From NCBI GenBank assembly GCA_016873195.1, contig VGXW01000001.1, positions 4,645 to 68,644 on the forward strand: DNA of 64,000 nucleotides, given 5' to 3'. This document shows, one piece after another, positions 7,173 to 16,279 of the stretch. This stretch comes from Planctomycetota bacterium. Its GTDB lineage: Bacteria; Planctomycetota; UBA1135; UBA2386. Position numbers and translations under genes: made by a program. Position 1 is the first letter of the stretch; each line of letters begins with the position of its first letter. The notes beneath the pieces were generated by a model that was given only the letters and a program-made list of their open reading frames with translations, was not told the origin of the DNA and made no database searches.

Positions 7173-8078
7173 CTACCCCTTCGCCTCGAGCGCCGCCATG
7201 ACCCGCTCGGTGATCGCCTTCACCAGATCGGCCTGGTCGCCGCCGCTGCACGCACACGCACCGTCGCACTTGCTGCACGCACGCGCGCCGCCCGCGCCGC
7301 CGACGCCGCCCGCCGCGCCGCCCTCGACGACTTCCGCGAGTTCGACCTTGCCGCCCTCGCCGACCCCGAACCGCGGGTTCACGCACAGCTCGCCGCCCTC
7401 GACGCGCCGGTTGTCGGTGCCCGAGCCGAACGCCTCCCGGAGGTCCAGCAGTTCGTTGACCTTGCCCTCGGGGATCCGGCGCACCTTGCCGAGCTGCCGC
7501 GCGAGGATCAGCATCCGGCAGTACGAGTCCAGGATCTCCGTGTGCCAGTAGGCGCGTTCGACCGTCGGCCCCCAGCTCACCGTGCCGTGGTTGCTGAGCA
7601 CGACCGTGTTCGCCTTGCCGAGGAACGGCCGCACCGAGTCGGCGAAGCTGTTGCCGCCCGGCGTCGCGTAGTTCGCGCGCGGCACGACGCCGAGGAACAC
7701 CTCGACCTCGGGCAGCACGCAGGTGGGGATGTCCTCGCCGGCCATGCCGAACGCGGTCGCGTGGGGGGGATGGCAGTGCACGACCGCGCGCACCTTCGGA
7801 TCGCCGCGGTAGACCTCGAGGTGCATCGCCGTCTCGCTGGTCGGCTTCTTCTTGCCCGCGACCTGGCGGCCCTTCAGGTCGACGACGCAGAGATCGTCGG
7901 GCTTCATGAAGCCCTTGCAGACCTGGGTCGGCGTGCAGAGCACGAGGTCGTCGTGCAACCGGTAGGAGATGTTGCCGTCGTTGCCGGCGGCGAACTGGCG
8001 CGCGTAGATGCGGCGGCCGATTTCGCAGATCTCCTGGCGGACCGCCCACTCACTGGGGCCGTTCGTCTTCGTCGTCAT
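7173..8078 (-). CDS. Class II aldolase (fuculose/rhamnulose-1-phosphate aldolase type) with C-terminal BMC encapsulation peptide
   Basis: Start taken at MTTKTNGPSEW (ATG 8078), overlapping the DeoR stop by 4 nt. The aldolase_II core is present (AAGNDGNISYRL...TSETAMHLEVYR...VVHCHPPHATAF). A Gly-rich linker and a C-x2-C-x3-C-x-C cluster precede the amphipathic tail DLVKAITERVMAALEAKG. Confidence 0.85.
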   Translation of the reverse strand: MTTKTNGPSEWAVRQEICEIGRRIYARQFAAGNDGNISYRLHDDLVLCTPTQVCKGFMKPDDLCVVDLKGRQVAGKKKPTSETAMHLEVYRGDPKVRAVVHCHPPHATAFGMAGEDIPTCVLPEVEVFLGVVPRANYATPGGNSFADSVRPFLGKANTVVLSNHGTVSWGPTVERAYWHTEILDSYCRMLILARQLGKVRRIPEGKVNELLDLREAFGSGTDNRRVEGGELCVNPRFGVGEGGKVELAEVVEGGAAGGVGGAGGARACSKCDGACACSGGDQADLVKAITERVMAALEAKG

Positions 8079-8941
8079 CGTTGCTCTCGTCGGGGTTTTC
8101 GTCGGGTCTCTCGAATGGGACTCTCGTCGGATTGCTCGCGCGGCGCTGCCTCCGCGCCGGCGACCAGCACGCGCAGGCCGGCCGCGCGCAGCCGGGCGAG
8201 CAGGTCGTCGCCGGCGCCGGCATCGGTGATCACGGCGTCGACCTCGCCGAGCGCGGCGAAGTAGACCACCGCGCGCCGCTCGAACTTGCTGTGGTCCGCG
8301 AGCAGGTAGACCTCGTCGGCGATCGCCATCAGCCGGCGTTTGATCGCCGCCTGCGCCTCGTCGAGTTCGGACAGGCCACGCTGCAGGTCGACGCCCTTGC
8401 TCGACAGGAACAGCTTGCCGATGTGCACGCGGTGCAGCGCTTCCTCGGCGAACGCGCCGGTCCACGACAGCGACGCCGGGTCGAGCCAGCCGCCCGTGCT
8501 CATCACGCGCGGGGGCGTGCGCTGGCAGAGCGCCAGCGTCGCCGGCAGCGAGTTGGTCACGACGGTGACCTCGCGGCCGTGCAGCAGGAGCGCCAGTTCG
8601 TGCGCGGTTTTACTGGCGTCGAGCGCGATGACGTCGCCGGGCGCGAGCAGCGCGGTGGCGGCGCGCGCGATCGCCTGCTTCTCCGCGTGGTGCGCCACGG
8701 CCCGCACGGCGAACGGCTGGTCCTGCTCGTGGGCCGGCACCGCACCGCCGTGCGTGCGCCGCAGGCGGCCCTGGCGGCCGAGCTTCTCGAGGTCGCGGCG
8801 CACGGTCTCCGGGGTGACGCCGAGCCGCGCGGCGACGTCGGCGACGTGCACGGAGCCGGAACTGCCGAGCAGCCCGAGGATCTCCCGCTGCCGCTCGAAG
8901 GCGAGTTTGCCGCGTTCGGTGCCTGGTTTTCTGCGTCTCAC
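8075..8941 (-). CDS. DeoR-family transcriptional regulator
   Basis: N-terminal HTH (RQREILGLLGSSGSVHVADVAARLGVTPETVRRDLEKL) plus a DeoR C-terminal sugar-phosphate sensor domain. It is divergent from the BMC operon. Confidence 0.85.
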   Translation of the reverse strand: MRRRKPGTERGKLAFERQREILGLLGSSGSVHVADVAARLGVTPETVRRDLEKLGRQGRLRRTHGGAVPAHEQDQPFAVRAVAHHAEKQAIARAATALLAPGDVIALDASKTAHELALLLHGREVTVVTNSLPATLALCQRTPPRVMSTGGWLDPASLSWTGAFAEEALHRVHIGKLFLSSKGVDLQRGLSELDEAQAAIKRRLMAIADEVYLLADHSKFERRAVVYFAALGEVDAVITDAGAGDDLLARLRAAGLRVLVAGAEAAPREQSDESPIRETRRKPRREQR

Positions 8942-9012
8942 GCTTGTTCTTTTCTGATTCTGCAGTATTTTCGTTCCGGTTCCACCTGGAACTTTCCGAA
9001 ATTATTTGCATC
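8942..9012. promoter_or_regulatory. Divergent AT-rich control region between the DeoR/aldolase and pduL operons
   Basis: Markedly AT-rich 70 nt (ttcttttctgattctgcagtattttcgttccggttccacctggaactttccgaaattatttgc) with an inverted repeat GTTCCAccTGGAAC and an extra TTCC half-site. It is a plausible DeoR operator, but promoters could not be assigned. Confidence 0.4.
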
Positions 9013-9774
9013 GTGAGCACCCCTGCAAGCCCCCGAGCCGTCGCCGCACCCGCGCTGCGCGCCCTGCCGCGTGAGCGCGTGGCGGCAGTGGTCGCCGAGG
9101 TGCTCGCCGAGAAGCTCGCGGCGCGGGCCCGAGTCCCGGCGGCCCCGGCCCCCACGAAGGCACCCGCCGCAAAGGCCAGCGACCGTGCGCCCGCCCCGCT
9201 CGTGGTCAACATCTCCGTGCGCCACGCGCACATCACCGAGCAACACCTCGAGGTGCTGTTCGGTGCCGGTGCGAAGCTCGAGCCGCAGCGCTGGCTCTAC
9301 CAGGAAGGGCAGTACGCGGCCGCGCAGACCGTCGACGTGATCGGGCCCAAGCGGCGCATCCTGCACGATGTGCGCATCCTCGGCCCGGTGCGCGACCACA
9401 CGCAGATCGAGCTCGCGTTCTCGGACGCGATCATGCTCGGCATCGACGTGCCGGTGCGCATGAGCGGCAACATCGTGGGCACGCCGGGCTGCATCGTGAT
9501 GGGCCCGAAGGGCCACCTGGTGCTGCCCGAGGGCGTGATCCGCGCCCAGCGCCACGTGCACCTGTCGCCCGCCGACGCCGAACGTCACGGCGTCGTGGCC
9601 GGCGACGAGATGGAACTGGTCGTCGAGCACCCGACCTGTCCGTGCGTGCTCGGCGGCATCGTCGCGCGCGTGCACCCCACGTTCCGCCTCGAAGTTCACA
9701 TGGATTCCGACGAGGGCAACGCCTGCGACCTGCCGCGGGCGGCCGGCGTCGCACTCAGGAAGGCGCGCGGGTGA
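9013..9774 (+). CDS. pduL: Phosphate acyltransferase PduL with N-terminal encapsulation peptide
   Basis: GTG 9013 is chosen because the track's ATG 8944 lies in the AT-rich intergenic region. The PduL core is [21 protein letters not shown]...[18 protein letters not shown]. An N-terminal amphipathic helix [19 protein letters not shown] is followed by a Pro/Ala linker. Confidence 0.8.
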   Translation: MSTPASPRAVAAPALRALPRERVAAVVAEVLAEKLAARARVPAAPAPTKAPAAKASDRAPAPLVVNISVRHAHITEQHLEVLFGAGAKLEPQRWLYQEGQYAAAQTVDVIGPKRRILHDVRILGPVRDHTQIELAFSDAIMLGIDVPVRMSGNIVGTPGCIVMGPKGHLVLPEGVIRAQRHVHLSPADAERHGVVAGDEMELVVEHPTCPCVLGGIVARVHPTFRLEVHMDSDEGNACDLPRAAGVALRKARG

Positions 9775-9803
9775 GCCGCGCGAAGACAACCCGGAGAACC
9801 GTC

Positions 9804-10103
9804 ATGGCAGAGTTGGCAGCAATCGGCATGGTCGAGACCCGCGGCATGGTGGCGCTCATGGAGGCCACCGACGCGATGCTCAAGGCAGCACACGTCGAGG
9901 CGCTGGGCTGGCGCAAGGTCGGCTCGGGCCTGGTCACGATGTTCGTCACCGGCGAGGTCGCGGCGGTCAAGTCGGCGCTCGCCGCCGGCGCGGCGGCCGC
10001 GGCCAAGGTCGGCGAGGTGCGCGCGGTGCACGTGATCCCGCGCCCGCACGCCGAACTGGCCGGGCTCTACCCGCCCGCCAGGAAACCCGCCGCCCGCAAG
10101 TAG
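9804..10103 (+). CDS. BMC-H shell protein (single Pfam00936 domain)
   Basis: [59 protein letters not shown]... is a canonical hexamer shell sequence. ATG 9804 lies within track ORF 9642..10103. Confidence 0.9.
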   Translation: MAELAAIGMVETRGMVALMEATDAMLKAAHVEALGWRKVGSGLVTMFVTGEVAAVKSALAAGAAAAAKVGEVRAVHVIPRPHAELAGLYPPARKPAARK

Positions 10104-10127
10104 CCCCGAGGAACACGGAGAACGGAC

Positions 10128-10394
10128 ATGAACAACGCCATCGGACTGCTCGAGACCAAGGGCATGAACCCCGTCGTCGTCGCCACCGACGCCATGTGCA
10201 AGGCGGCCAGCGTCGAGGTGCTGAAGCTCGTCGAGATCGGCGGCAGCTACGTGACGATCGTCGTCAAGGGCGACGTCGGCAGCGTCAAGGCCGCGGTCGA
10301 CGCCGGCGCCGAAGCGGCCGCTGCGGTCGGCGAGGTCGTCGCCGCGCACGTGATCCCGCAGCCGCACGAGGACCTGCTGAACGCGATCCTGTAG
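10128..10394 (+). CDS. BMC-H shell protein
   Basis: MNNAIGLLETKGMNPVVVATDAMCKAASVEVLKLVEIGGSYVTIVVKGDVGSVKAAVDAG... is a canonical PduA/EutM-like sequence. Confidence 0.9.
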   Translation: MNNAIGLLETKGMNPVVVATDAMCKAASVEVLKLVEIGGSYVTIVVKGDVGSVKAAVDAGAEAAAAVGEVVAAHVIPQPHEDLLNAIL

Positions 10395-10403
10395 CGCGCC
10401 GGC

Positions 10404-11609
10404 ATGAACGTCCTGGTCGTCAACCTCGGCAGCACGTCGTTCAAGTTCCGCTTGTTCGACATGGCCGGTGAACGCGAACTCGCCAGCGGCGAGGTCGACG
10501 GCGTCGGCCGGGCGCAGAGCCGCGTCGCCCTGCGCTGCGGCGGTGGCGAACAGGTCGAGCACGGTGCCGTGCCCGACCAGCAGGCGGCGATCGCGCGCTG
10601 CCTGCCCGCGGTGCTGCGGCGTTTCGCCGTCGACGCGGTCGGCTTCAAGGCCGTGCACGGCGGCCTGCTGGCGGCGGCCGAGCCGGTGACCGACGAGGTG
10701 CTCGCGGTGATGGAGCAGTTCGCCGCCGCGGCCCCGGCGCACAATCCGCCCTACGTCGCCGCGATGCGCGCGTTCCGGCAGCAGTTGCCCGGCACGCCGC
10801 TGGTCGCCGCGTTCGAGACCGGCTTCCACCGCACGATCCCGGCCGCGCGCGCGGTCTACGCGGTGCCGTGGTCGTGGACCGAAGCCGGCGTGCGCCGCTA
10901 CGGCTTCCACGGCGCCTCGCACCGCAGCGTCGCCGAGCGAGCGGCGGCGCGCTTCGGCGCGGGCCTGCGCGTGGTCTCGTTCCACCTCGGCGGCAGCAGT
11001 TCGGTCTGCGCGATCGCGGACGGCCGCAGCATCGCCTGCAGCTTCGGCATGACGCCGCAGTCGGGGCTGCCGCAGAACAACCGCGTCGGCGACTTCGACG
11101 CCTACGCGCTGCTGCCGCTCGCGGCGCGCACCGGCCGCCCGGCAGAGGAACTGCTCGCCGAGGCCGCCCGCGCGGGCGGCTTGCTCGGCATCAGCGGCAC
11201 GAGCGGCGACATGCGCGAACTGCTCGCGGCGGCCGGCGGCGACGAACGCGCGGCGCTGGCCGTCGACGTCTTCGTCGAGAGCGCGCGGCACCATCTCGGC
11301 GCCAGCGTGGTCGCGCTCGGCGGCCTCGACGTGCTCGGATTCACGGGCGGCATCGGCTTCCACTCGGCACCGCTGCGCGCGCGCATCTGCGCCGGCCTGC
11401 AGTTCCTCGGCGTTCAGCTCGACGAGGCGGCGAACGCGCGGGGCGGCGACGGTGCCCTCGTGTCGGCTGCCGGCGCGCAGGTCAAGGTCCTCGTGCTGCA
11501 CGCCGACGAGGAGCGGATCGTCGCGCGCCAGGTCAACGACGTGATCGGACAGGCGGCGCGGCCCGCGCGCAGCGGGCCCGCCGCGAGGCACCCAGAGGTG
11601 AAACCATGA
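10404..11609 (+). CDS. ackA: Acetate/propionate-family kinase
   Basis: MNVLVVNLGSTSFKFRLFDM...FHRTIP...YGFHGASH...HLGGSSSVCAI are acetate kinase signatures. Confidence 0.9.
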   Translation: MNVLVVNLGSTSFKFRLFDMAGERELASGEVDGVGRAQSRVALRCGGGEQVEHGAVPDQQAAIARCLPAVLRRFAVDAVGFKAVHGGLLAAAEPVTDEVLAVMEQFAAAAPAHNPPYVAAMRAFRQQLPGTPLVAAFETGFHRTIPAARAVYAVPWSWTEAGVRRYGFHGASHRSVAERAAARFGAGLRVVSFHLGGSSSVCAIADGRSIACSFGMTPQSGLPQNNRVGDFDAYALLPLAARTGRPAEELLAEAARAGGLLGISGTSGDMRELLAAAGGDERAALAVDVFVESARHHLGASVVALGGLDVLGFTGGIGFHSAPLRARICAGLQFLGVQLDEAANARGGDGALVSAAGAQVKVLVLHADEERIVARQVNDVIGQAARPARSGPAARHPEVKP

Positions 11610-11881
11610 GCAGGAAAGCAATCGGCCTGATCGAGACCAAGGGCCTGATCCCCGCCGTCGAGGCGACCGACGTCGCGCTGAAGGCGGCCAACGTGACCTT
11701 CGTCGGCATGCGCAACCCGGGCTCGGGCCTGGCCAGCATCACGATCGAGGGCGACGTCGCCGCGGTGCGCGCGGCGACCGATGCCGGCGCGGCCGCGGCG
11801 TCCCGGATCGGCGAGGTGGTGTCGGTGCAGGTGCTGTCGCGCCCGCACGACGAACTCGCCAAGCTGATGCCGGCGAAGTGA
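11606..11881 (+). CDS. BMC-H shell protein
   Basis: MSRKAIGLIETKGLIPAVEATDVALKAANVTFVGMRNPGSGLASITIEGDVAAVRAATDAG.... ATG 11606 overlaps the ackA stop (ATGA). Confidence 0.9.
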   Translation: MSRKAIGLIETKGLIPAVEATDVALKAANVTFVGMRNPGSGLASITIEGDVAAVRAATDAGAAAASRIGEVVSVQVLSRPHDELAKLMPAK

Positions 11882-11920
11882 TCCGGCCGCCCCCCCGTCC
11901 GCGCCGCAAGGAGACCGCAG

Positions 11921-12241
11921 ATGTTCATCGGCAAAGTGACCGGGCACGTCGTCAGCAGCCAGCACGAGCCGGCGATGGCCGGCGTCAAGCTCGTGGTCGT
12001 CGAGGCGCACACGGGCGCGGGGCCGGCGGCGGACGCGCTCGCCCCGACGGGCCGCTTCGTCGCCGCCGCCGACTCGCTCGGCGCCGCCGTCGGCGAGTAC
12101 GTGCTCGTGACCCAGGGCAGTTCGGCGCGGCTCACGGCGGCGACGCAGAAGCTGCCGGTCGACGCCGTCGTCGTCGGCATCGTCGATGCGGTGCGGCTGC
12201 ACGAACGCGTCTATGCGCGCGCGGACGGCACGCTGCGATGA
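11921..12241 (+). CDS. BMC-P pentamer vertex protein (EutN/CcmL family)
   Basis: MFIGKVTGHVVSSQHEPAMAGVKLVVVE...AADSLGAAVGEYVLVTQGSSAR is an EutN/CcmL pattern. Confidence 0.85.
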   Translation: MFIGKVTGHVVSSQHEPAMAGVKLVVVEAHTGAGPAADALAPTGRFVAAADSLGAAVGEYVLVTQGSSARLTAATQKLPVDAVVVGIVDAVRLHERVYARADGTLR

Positions 12242-13707
12242 ACGGAGGGCGCGACATGGTTGGCAGGGCGATCGACGAACGGCTGATCGGCGAGGTGGTC
12301 GAGCAGGTGCTGCAGCGGCTCGGCGTCGCAGCGCCCGCGGCGCCGGCGCAACCCGCGCGCCAGGCTCCGGCCGGCCGGCCCGGCGAGCCGCGGCTCGGCG
12401 TGTTCGGCAGCGTCGACGACGCCGTCGCCGCGGCCGAGCAGGCGCAGCGGCGGCTCGCGGCGGCCCCGCTCGAACTGCGCGCCAAGGCCGTCGAGTGCGT
12501 TCGCGCCGTGCTGCGCCGCGACAAGCAGGAACTCGCGCGGCTCGAGTTCGCCGAGACGAAGGTCGGCCGGCTCGAGCACAAGGTCGAGAAGCTCGAACTC
12601 GCGGCGGCGGTGCCCGGCGTCGAGATGCTGCGCACCGAGGCGACGAGCGGCGACCACGGGCTCACCGTGACCGAGTTCACGCCGTTCGGCGTGGTCGGCG
12701 TCGTGACGCCGGTGACGCACAGCGTGCCGACGTTCGGCTGCAACGCGATCATGATGCTCGCGGCCGGCAACACGCTGGTCTGCAACCCGCACCCGTCGGG
12801 CGCGCGCGTGGCCGCCGAAGCGACGCGGCGCTGGAACCGCGAGATCGCGCACCGCACCGGCCTCGAGGACCTGATCTGCTGCATCGCGGACCCGACGTTC
12901 GAGTCGGCGAACACGATCTTCGTACATCCGGGCGTGCGCCTGCTCTGCAGCACCGGCGGGGCGCTGCTCGCGCGCGCGGCGCTGCGCTCGGGCAAGCGCG
13001 CGATCGTGGCCGGCCCGGGCAACCCGCCCGTCGTCGTCGACGCCACCGCCGACGTCGAGAAGGCCGCGCGCGGCATCGTCGCGGGCGCGGCCTACGACAA
13101 CAACCTGCTCTGCATCGGCGAGAAGGAGGTGTTCGTCGTCGCCGCGGTCGCCGAACGGCTGATGGTCGCGATGGGCAAGGACCGCGGCCACCGGCTCGAC
13201 CAGGCGCAGATGGACCGCCTGACCGCGGCCGTGCTGTTCCGCGACGAGCAGACCGGCCACTGGCTGCCGAAGAAGGAGTTCGTCGGCCAGGATGCGCAGG
13301 TGCTCGCGCGCGCGATCGGGCTCGAGGTGCCCGCGCACGTGCGGCTGCTGTTCGGGGGGGTCGATCTGCAGAGCCCGCTGCTGCCGTGCGAGCAGATGAT
13401 GCCGCTGCTGCCGATCCTCGCCTGCGCCGACGTCGGCGAGGCGATCGCGCACGCGGCGCACTTCGAGCACGGCTTCCGCCACACCGCGATCATGTGGTCG
13501 CGCGACATCGAGAACCTGACCAGGATGGGCAGGGCGCTCGACACGACGGTCTACGTCAAGAACGGTCCGAGCCCGGCCGGGCTCGGCGTCGGCGGCCAGG
13601 GTTTCCCGTCGTTCTCGATCGCGACCACCGGCGAAGGCGTGACGAGCCCGCTGACGTTCACGCGCTACCGGCGCTGCACGATGGTCGACAGCCTCAGGAT
13701 CGGCTGA
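12238..13707 (+). CDS. CoA-acylating aldehyde dehydrogenase (PduP/EutE-like) with N-terminal encapsulation peptide
   Basis: ATG 12238 overlaps the BMC-P stop. An encapsulation-peptide-like helix DERLIGEVVEQVLQRL is followed by a Pro/Ala linker. The ALDH core includes the catalytic Cys context (AAYDNNLLCIGEKEVFVV) and GPGNPPVVVD. Confidence 0.85.
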   Translation: MNGGRDMVGRAIDERLIGEVVEQVLQRLGVAAPAAPAQPARQAPAGRPGEPRLGVFGSVDDAVAAAEQAQRRLAAAPLELRAKAVECVRAVLRRDKQELARLEFAETKVGRLEHKVEKLELAAAVPGVEMLRTEATSGDHGLTVTEFTPFGVVGVVTPVTHSVPTFGCNAIMMLAAGNTLVCNPHPSGARVAAEATRRWNREIAHRTGLEDLICCIADPTFESANTIFVHPGVRLLCSTGGALLARAALRSGKRAIVAGPGNPPVVVDATADVEKAARGIVAGAAYDNNLLCIGEKEVFVVAAVAERLMVAMGKDRGHRLDQAQMDRLTAAVLFRDEQTGHWLPKKEFVGQDAQVLARAIGLEVPAHVRLLFGGVDLQSPLLPCEQMMPLLPILACADVGEAIAHAAHFEHGFRHTAIMWSRDIENLTRMGRALDTTVYVKNGPSPAGLGVGGQGFPSFSIATTGEGVTSPLTFTRYRRCTMVDSLRIG

Positions 13708-13720
13708 CCATGGAGCCCCG

Positions 13721-14029
13721 ATGTTGATCGCGCGCGTGATCGGCCACGGCCACGCCGCGGTGCAGCACCGCTCGCTGCGCGGGACCAGGCTGCTGCTCGT
13801 CGAGCCGCTGCGCGCGCCGTCGACCGACCCGGTGCTCGCGATGGACCGCATCGGGGCCGCGGTGGGGGACCGCGTGCTGGTGTCGAGCGACGGCGAGAGC
13901 GCGCGGAACGCCGTCGGCGATCCGTCGTCGCCGCTGCGCTGGACGGTGGTCGGCATCGTCGACGCCGCCTCCGTGACCGGCATGCCCGGCCCGCGGGCCC
14001 GCCGGACCACGGCCGGAGGGCGACCATGA
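13721..14029 (+). CDS. BMC-P pentamer vertex protein (EutN/CcmL family)
   Basis: MLIARVIGHGHAAVQHRSLRGTRLLLVEPL...DRIGAAVGDRVLVSSDGESAR is an EutN-type pattern. Confidence 0.8.
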   Translation: MLIARVIGHGHAAVQHRSLRGTRLLLVEPLRAPSTDPVLAMDRIGAAVGDRVLVSSDGESARNAVGDPSSPLRWTVVGIVDAASVTGMPGPRARRTTAGGRP

Positions 14030-14640
14030 CCCGGACCGTCGTCACCGCCCAGAGGCTGATCGCGATGGCGCGCGAGCGCGGCGCGATCGTGCTGCCCGGC
14101 AACGCGCTGATCACGCCGGCGGCCGCCGACTGGCTGCTGACGGCCAAGGTGCCGGTCACGCAGGAGGGCGCGGCCCCGCCGGTGCCGGCGGAGCCGACGT
14201 TCCACCTGCTCGGCGACGGCGGCGATCCGTACGTCAGAGCGCTGCTGCCCGGGCTCGAACGGCGTTTCCCGTCGCTCGAGTTCCTGAGCTGCCGGAACGA
14301 CCGCCGCTGCCTGCTCGAACACCTGCGCACGATCACGGCGGCGCTGAGCGAGGACCCGGCGCGGCGCGCGGTCGTCGTCGCGAACGGCGCGGTCGTCAGC
14401 TGCGTCGCCAACAAGCAGGCGCGCGTGCGCGCGGCGATCCTCGACCAGCCGGGCTCGCTGCGCATGCTCATGCGCGAACTCGGCGCCAACCTGCTGATCC
14501 TCGAGCCCGGGCGCTTCTCGCTCGGCCAGGCGCGCGCGAGCTGCGAGCAGTTCTTCACCGGCAGGACGTCGACCTGCCCGAGTCTGGCCTCGGCGCTGCC
14601 GCCGTTCGGCGAGCCGGCCGGGCCCGGTGGGGAGGGCTGA
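14026..14640 (+). CDS. BMC-associated protein with an RpiB/LacAB-like C-terminal region
   Basis: 204-aa ORF, 4-nt coupled to the preceding gene. The C-terminal part (VVVANGAVVSCVANKQARVRAAILDQPGSLRMLMRELGANLLILEPGRFSLGQA) resembles the RpiB/LacAB core (GIGMSIAANK..IRAA...S....R.HN.AN.L.LG.R) from memory. The N-terminal 40 aa are unassigned. Confidence 0.45.
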   Translation: MTRTVVTAQRLIAMARERGAIVLPGNALITPAAADWLLTAKVPVTQEGAAPPVPAEPTFHLLGDGGDPYVRALLPGLERRFPSLEFLSCRNDRRCLLEHLRTITAALSEDPARRAVVVANGAVVSCVANKQARVRAAILDQPGSLRMLMRELGANLLILEPGRFSLGQARASCEQFFTGRTSTCPSLASALPPFGEPAGPGGEG

Positions 14641-14951
14641 TGCGCCCCGCGATCGTGCTCGGCACCGTCACGCTGTCCCGCGCGCTGCCGGAGATGGCGC
14701 CGGGCCAGTACCTGCTCGTCGCGCCGCAACGCGCGGCGGCGCTGCGGGCCAAGGTGACCGAGGTCGGCGAGGTCGTCGTCGCCTACGACGAACTCGGCGC
14801 GCCGCAGGGCGGGCTCGTCGCGGTCGCCGACGGGCGCGAGGCCTCGATGCCGTTCCGGCCGAAGGACGTGCCTTGCGATCACTACTGCGCGGCGATCCTC
14901 GACGTGGTGCACGTCAGCGGGTCCGCCGCGGCGGGCGAGGAGGGTTCGTGA
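14640..14951 (+). CDS. BMC-P pentamer vertex protein (EutN/CcmL family)
   Basis: MRPAIVLGTVTLSRALPEMAPGQYLLVAP...YDELGAPQGGLVAVADGREA is the third EutN-type paralogue. Confidence 0.8.
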   Translation: MRPAIVLGTVTLSRALPEMAPGQYLLVAPQRAAALRAKVTEVGEVVVAYDELGAPQGGLVAVADGREASMPFRPKDVPCDHYCAAILDVVHVSGSAAAGEEGS

Positions 14952-16279
14952 CGGTGCAGCAGCGCGAACAGGCGCTCTCGCGCATCGCCGAGCACGGCGT
15001 CGTCGGCGCCGGCGGCGCGGGCTTCCCGACGCACGTGAAGCTCCGGCAGCCGGTCGGCACGGTGATCCTCAACGCGGCCGAGTGCGAGCCGCTGATGCAC
15101 AAGGACAAGGAACTGCTGCGGCACCACGGCGAACTCGTCGTGCGCGGGCTCGTGCAGGCGGCTGCGATCACGGGCGCGCACAAGGTCGTCGCCGGCGTCA
15201 AGGGCAAGTACGAGGACGTGATCGCCGGGCTGCAGCGGCTCCTGCCCGGCGACGGGGTGGTCGTGCCGCTCGGGGACACCTACCCGAGCGGCGACGAGTT
15301 CGTGCTCGTCTACGACGTCACGGGCCGCGTGATCCCGCCGGGCGGTTTGCCGCGCGACGTCGACTGCGTCGTGATCAACGTCGAGACCGCCTACAACCTT
15401 GGGAAGGACGAGCCGGTGACCGACACGTTCCTGACCGTGGCCGGCGCCGTGGCCAGGCCGTGCACCGTGCGCGTGCCGGTCGGCGTGCCGTTCTCCCTGG
15501 TGCTCGAACTCGCCGGCGGCGCCACGGTCAGCTCGCCGCGCCTGCTCAGCGGCGGCGCGATGATGGGCCAGTTCGTGGGCCCGGAGGACCCGATCTCCAA
15601 AGCCTGTGGCGGCGTGCTCGTGCTGCCCGGCGACCACCCGCTCGTGCGCCGCCGCGAACAGAGCTGGCAGCAGATCGCGCGGATTGGCGCCAGCGCCTGC
15701 GACCAGTGCTCGTTCTGCACCGAACTCTGTCCGCGCTACCTGCTCGGCCACCCGATCGAACCGCATCTGGCGATGCGCACGCTCGGTTTCGTCGAGGACC
15801 GCGCGGCCGCGGTGCGTGGGGCGCAGTTCTGCTGCGAGTGCAACCTGTGCACGCTGGTCGCCTGCCCCGAGGACCTCGACCCGAAGAGAATCACCGTGCA
15901 CCACAAGCAGGCGCTGCGCGCGCAGGGCCAGCGCTGGCAGGCCCAGCCGCATCCCTACCGCGCCGACGTCACGTTCGCCGACCGGCGCGTGCCGATGCGG
16001 CGGCTGATCCAGAAGCTCGGGCTCGGCCACTTCACGAACGAAGGCCCGCTGCTCGAGCAGAGCGCGCTGCCCGCGCAGGTGACCTTGCCCCTGCTGCAGC
16101 ACACGGGTGCCCCGGCGCGGCCCGTCGTCGCGTCGGGTGCCCGCGTGCGGCGCGGCGACGTCGTCGCCCGGCCGGCACCCGGCGCGCTCGGTGCCTCGGT
16201 CCACGCGAGCATCGACGGCCGCTGCGAACTGTTCGAGGACCGCATCGTCGTCCGCGGAGCGGCGCGAGGAGGCAGCTGA
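14948..16279 (+). CDS. pduS: PduS/RnfC-like Fe-S flavoprotein (NADH-binding SLBB protein with two 4Fe-4S motifs)
   Basis: GTG 14948 overlaps the BMC-P stop (GTGA). It has [17 protein letters not shown], plus [12 protein letters not shown] and [13 protein letters not shown] ferredoxin-type motifs. Confidence 0.8.
   Translation: MTVQQREQALSRIAEHGVVGAGGAGFPTHVKLRQPVGTVILNAAECEPLMHKDKELLRHHGELVVRGLVQAAAITGAHKVVAGVKGKYEDVIAGLQRLLPGDGVVVPLGDTYPSGDEFVLVYDVTGRVIPPGGLPRDVDCVVINVETAYNLGKDEPVTDTFLTVAGAVARPCTVRVPVGVPFSLVLELAGGATVSSPRLLSGGAMMGQFVGPEDPISKACGGVLVLPGDHPLVRRREQSWQQIARIGASACDQCSFCTELCPRYLLGHPIEPHLAMRTLGFVEDRAAAVRGAQFCCECNLCTLVACPEDLDPKRITVHHKQALRAQGQRWQAQPHPYRADVTFADRRVPMRRLIQKLGLGHFTNEGPLLEQSALPAQVTLPLLQHTGAPARPVVASGARVRRGDVVARPAPGALGASVHASIDGRCELFEDRIVVRGAARGGS

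Noticed and set aside
5709-8264. 851-aa plus-strand ORF across the COG2865 and aldolase genes
   Set aside because: It is antisense to two genes with clear family motifs, and its composition is low-complexity.
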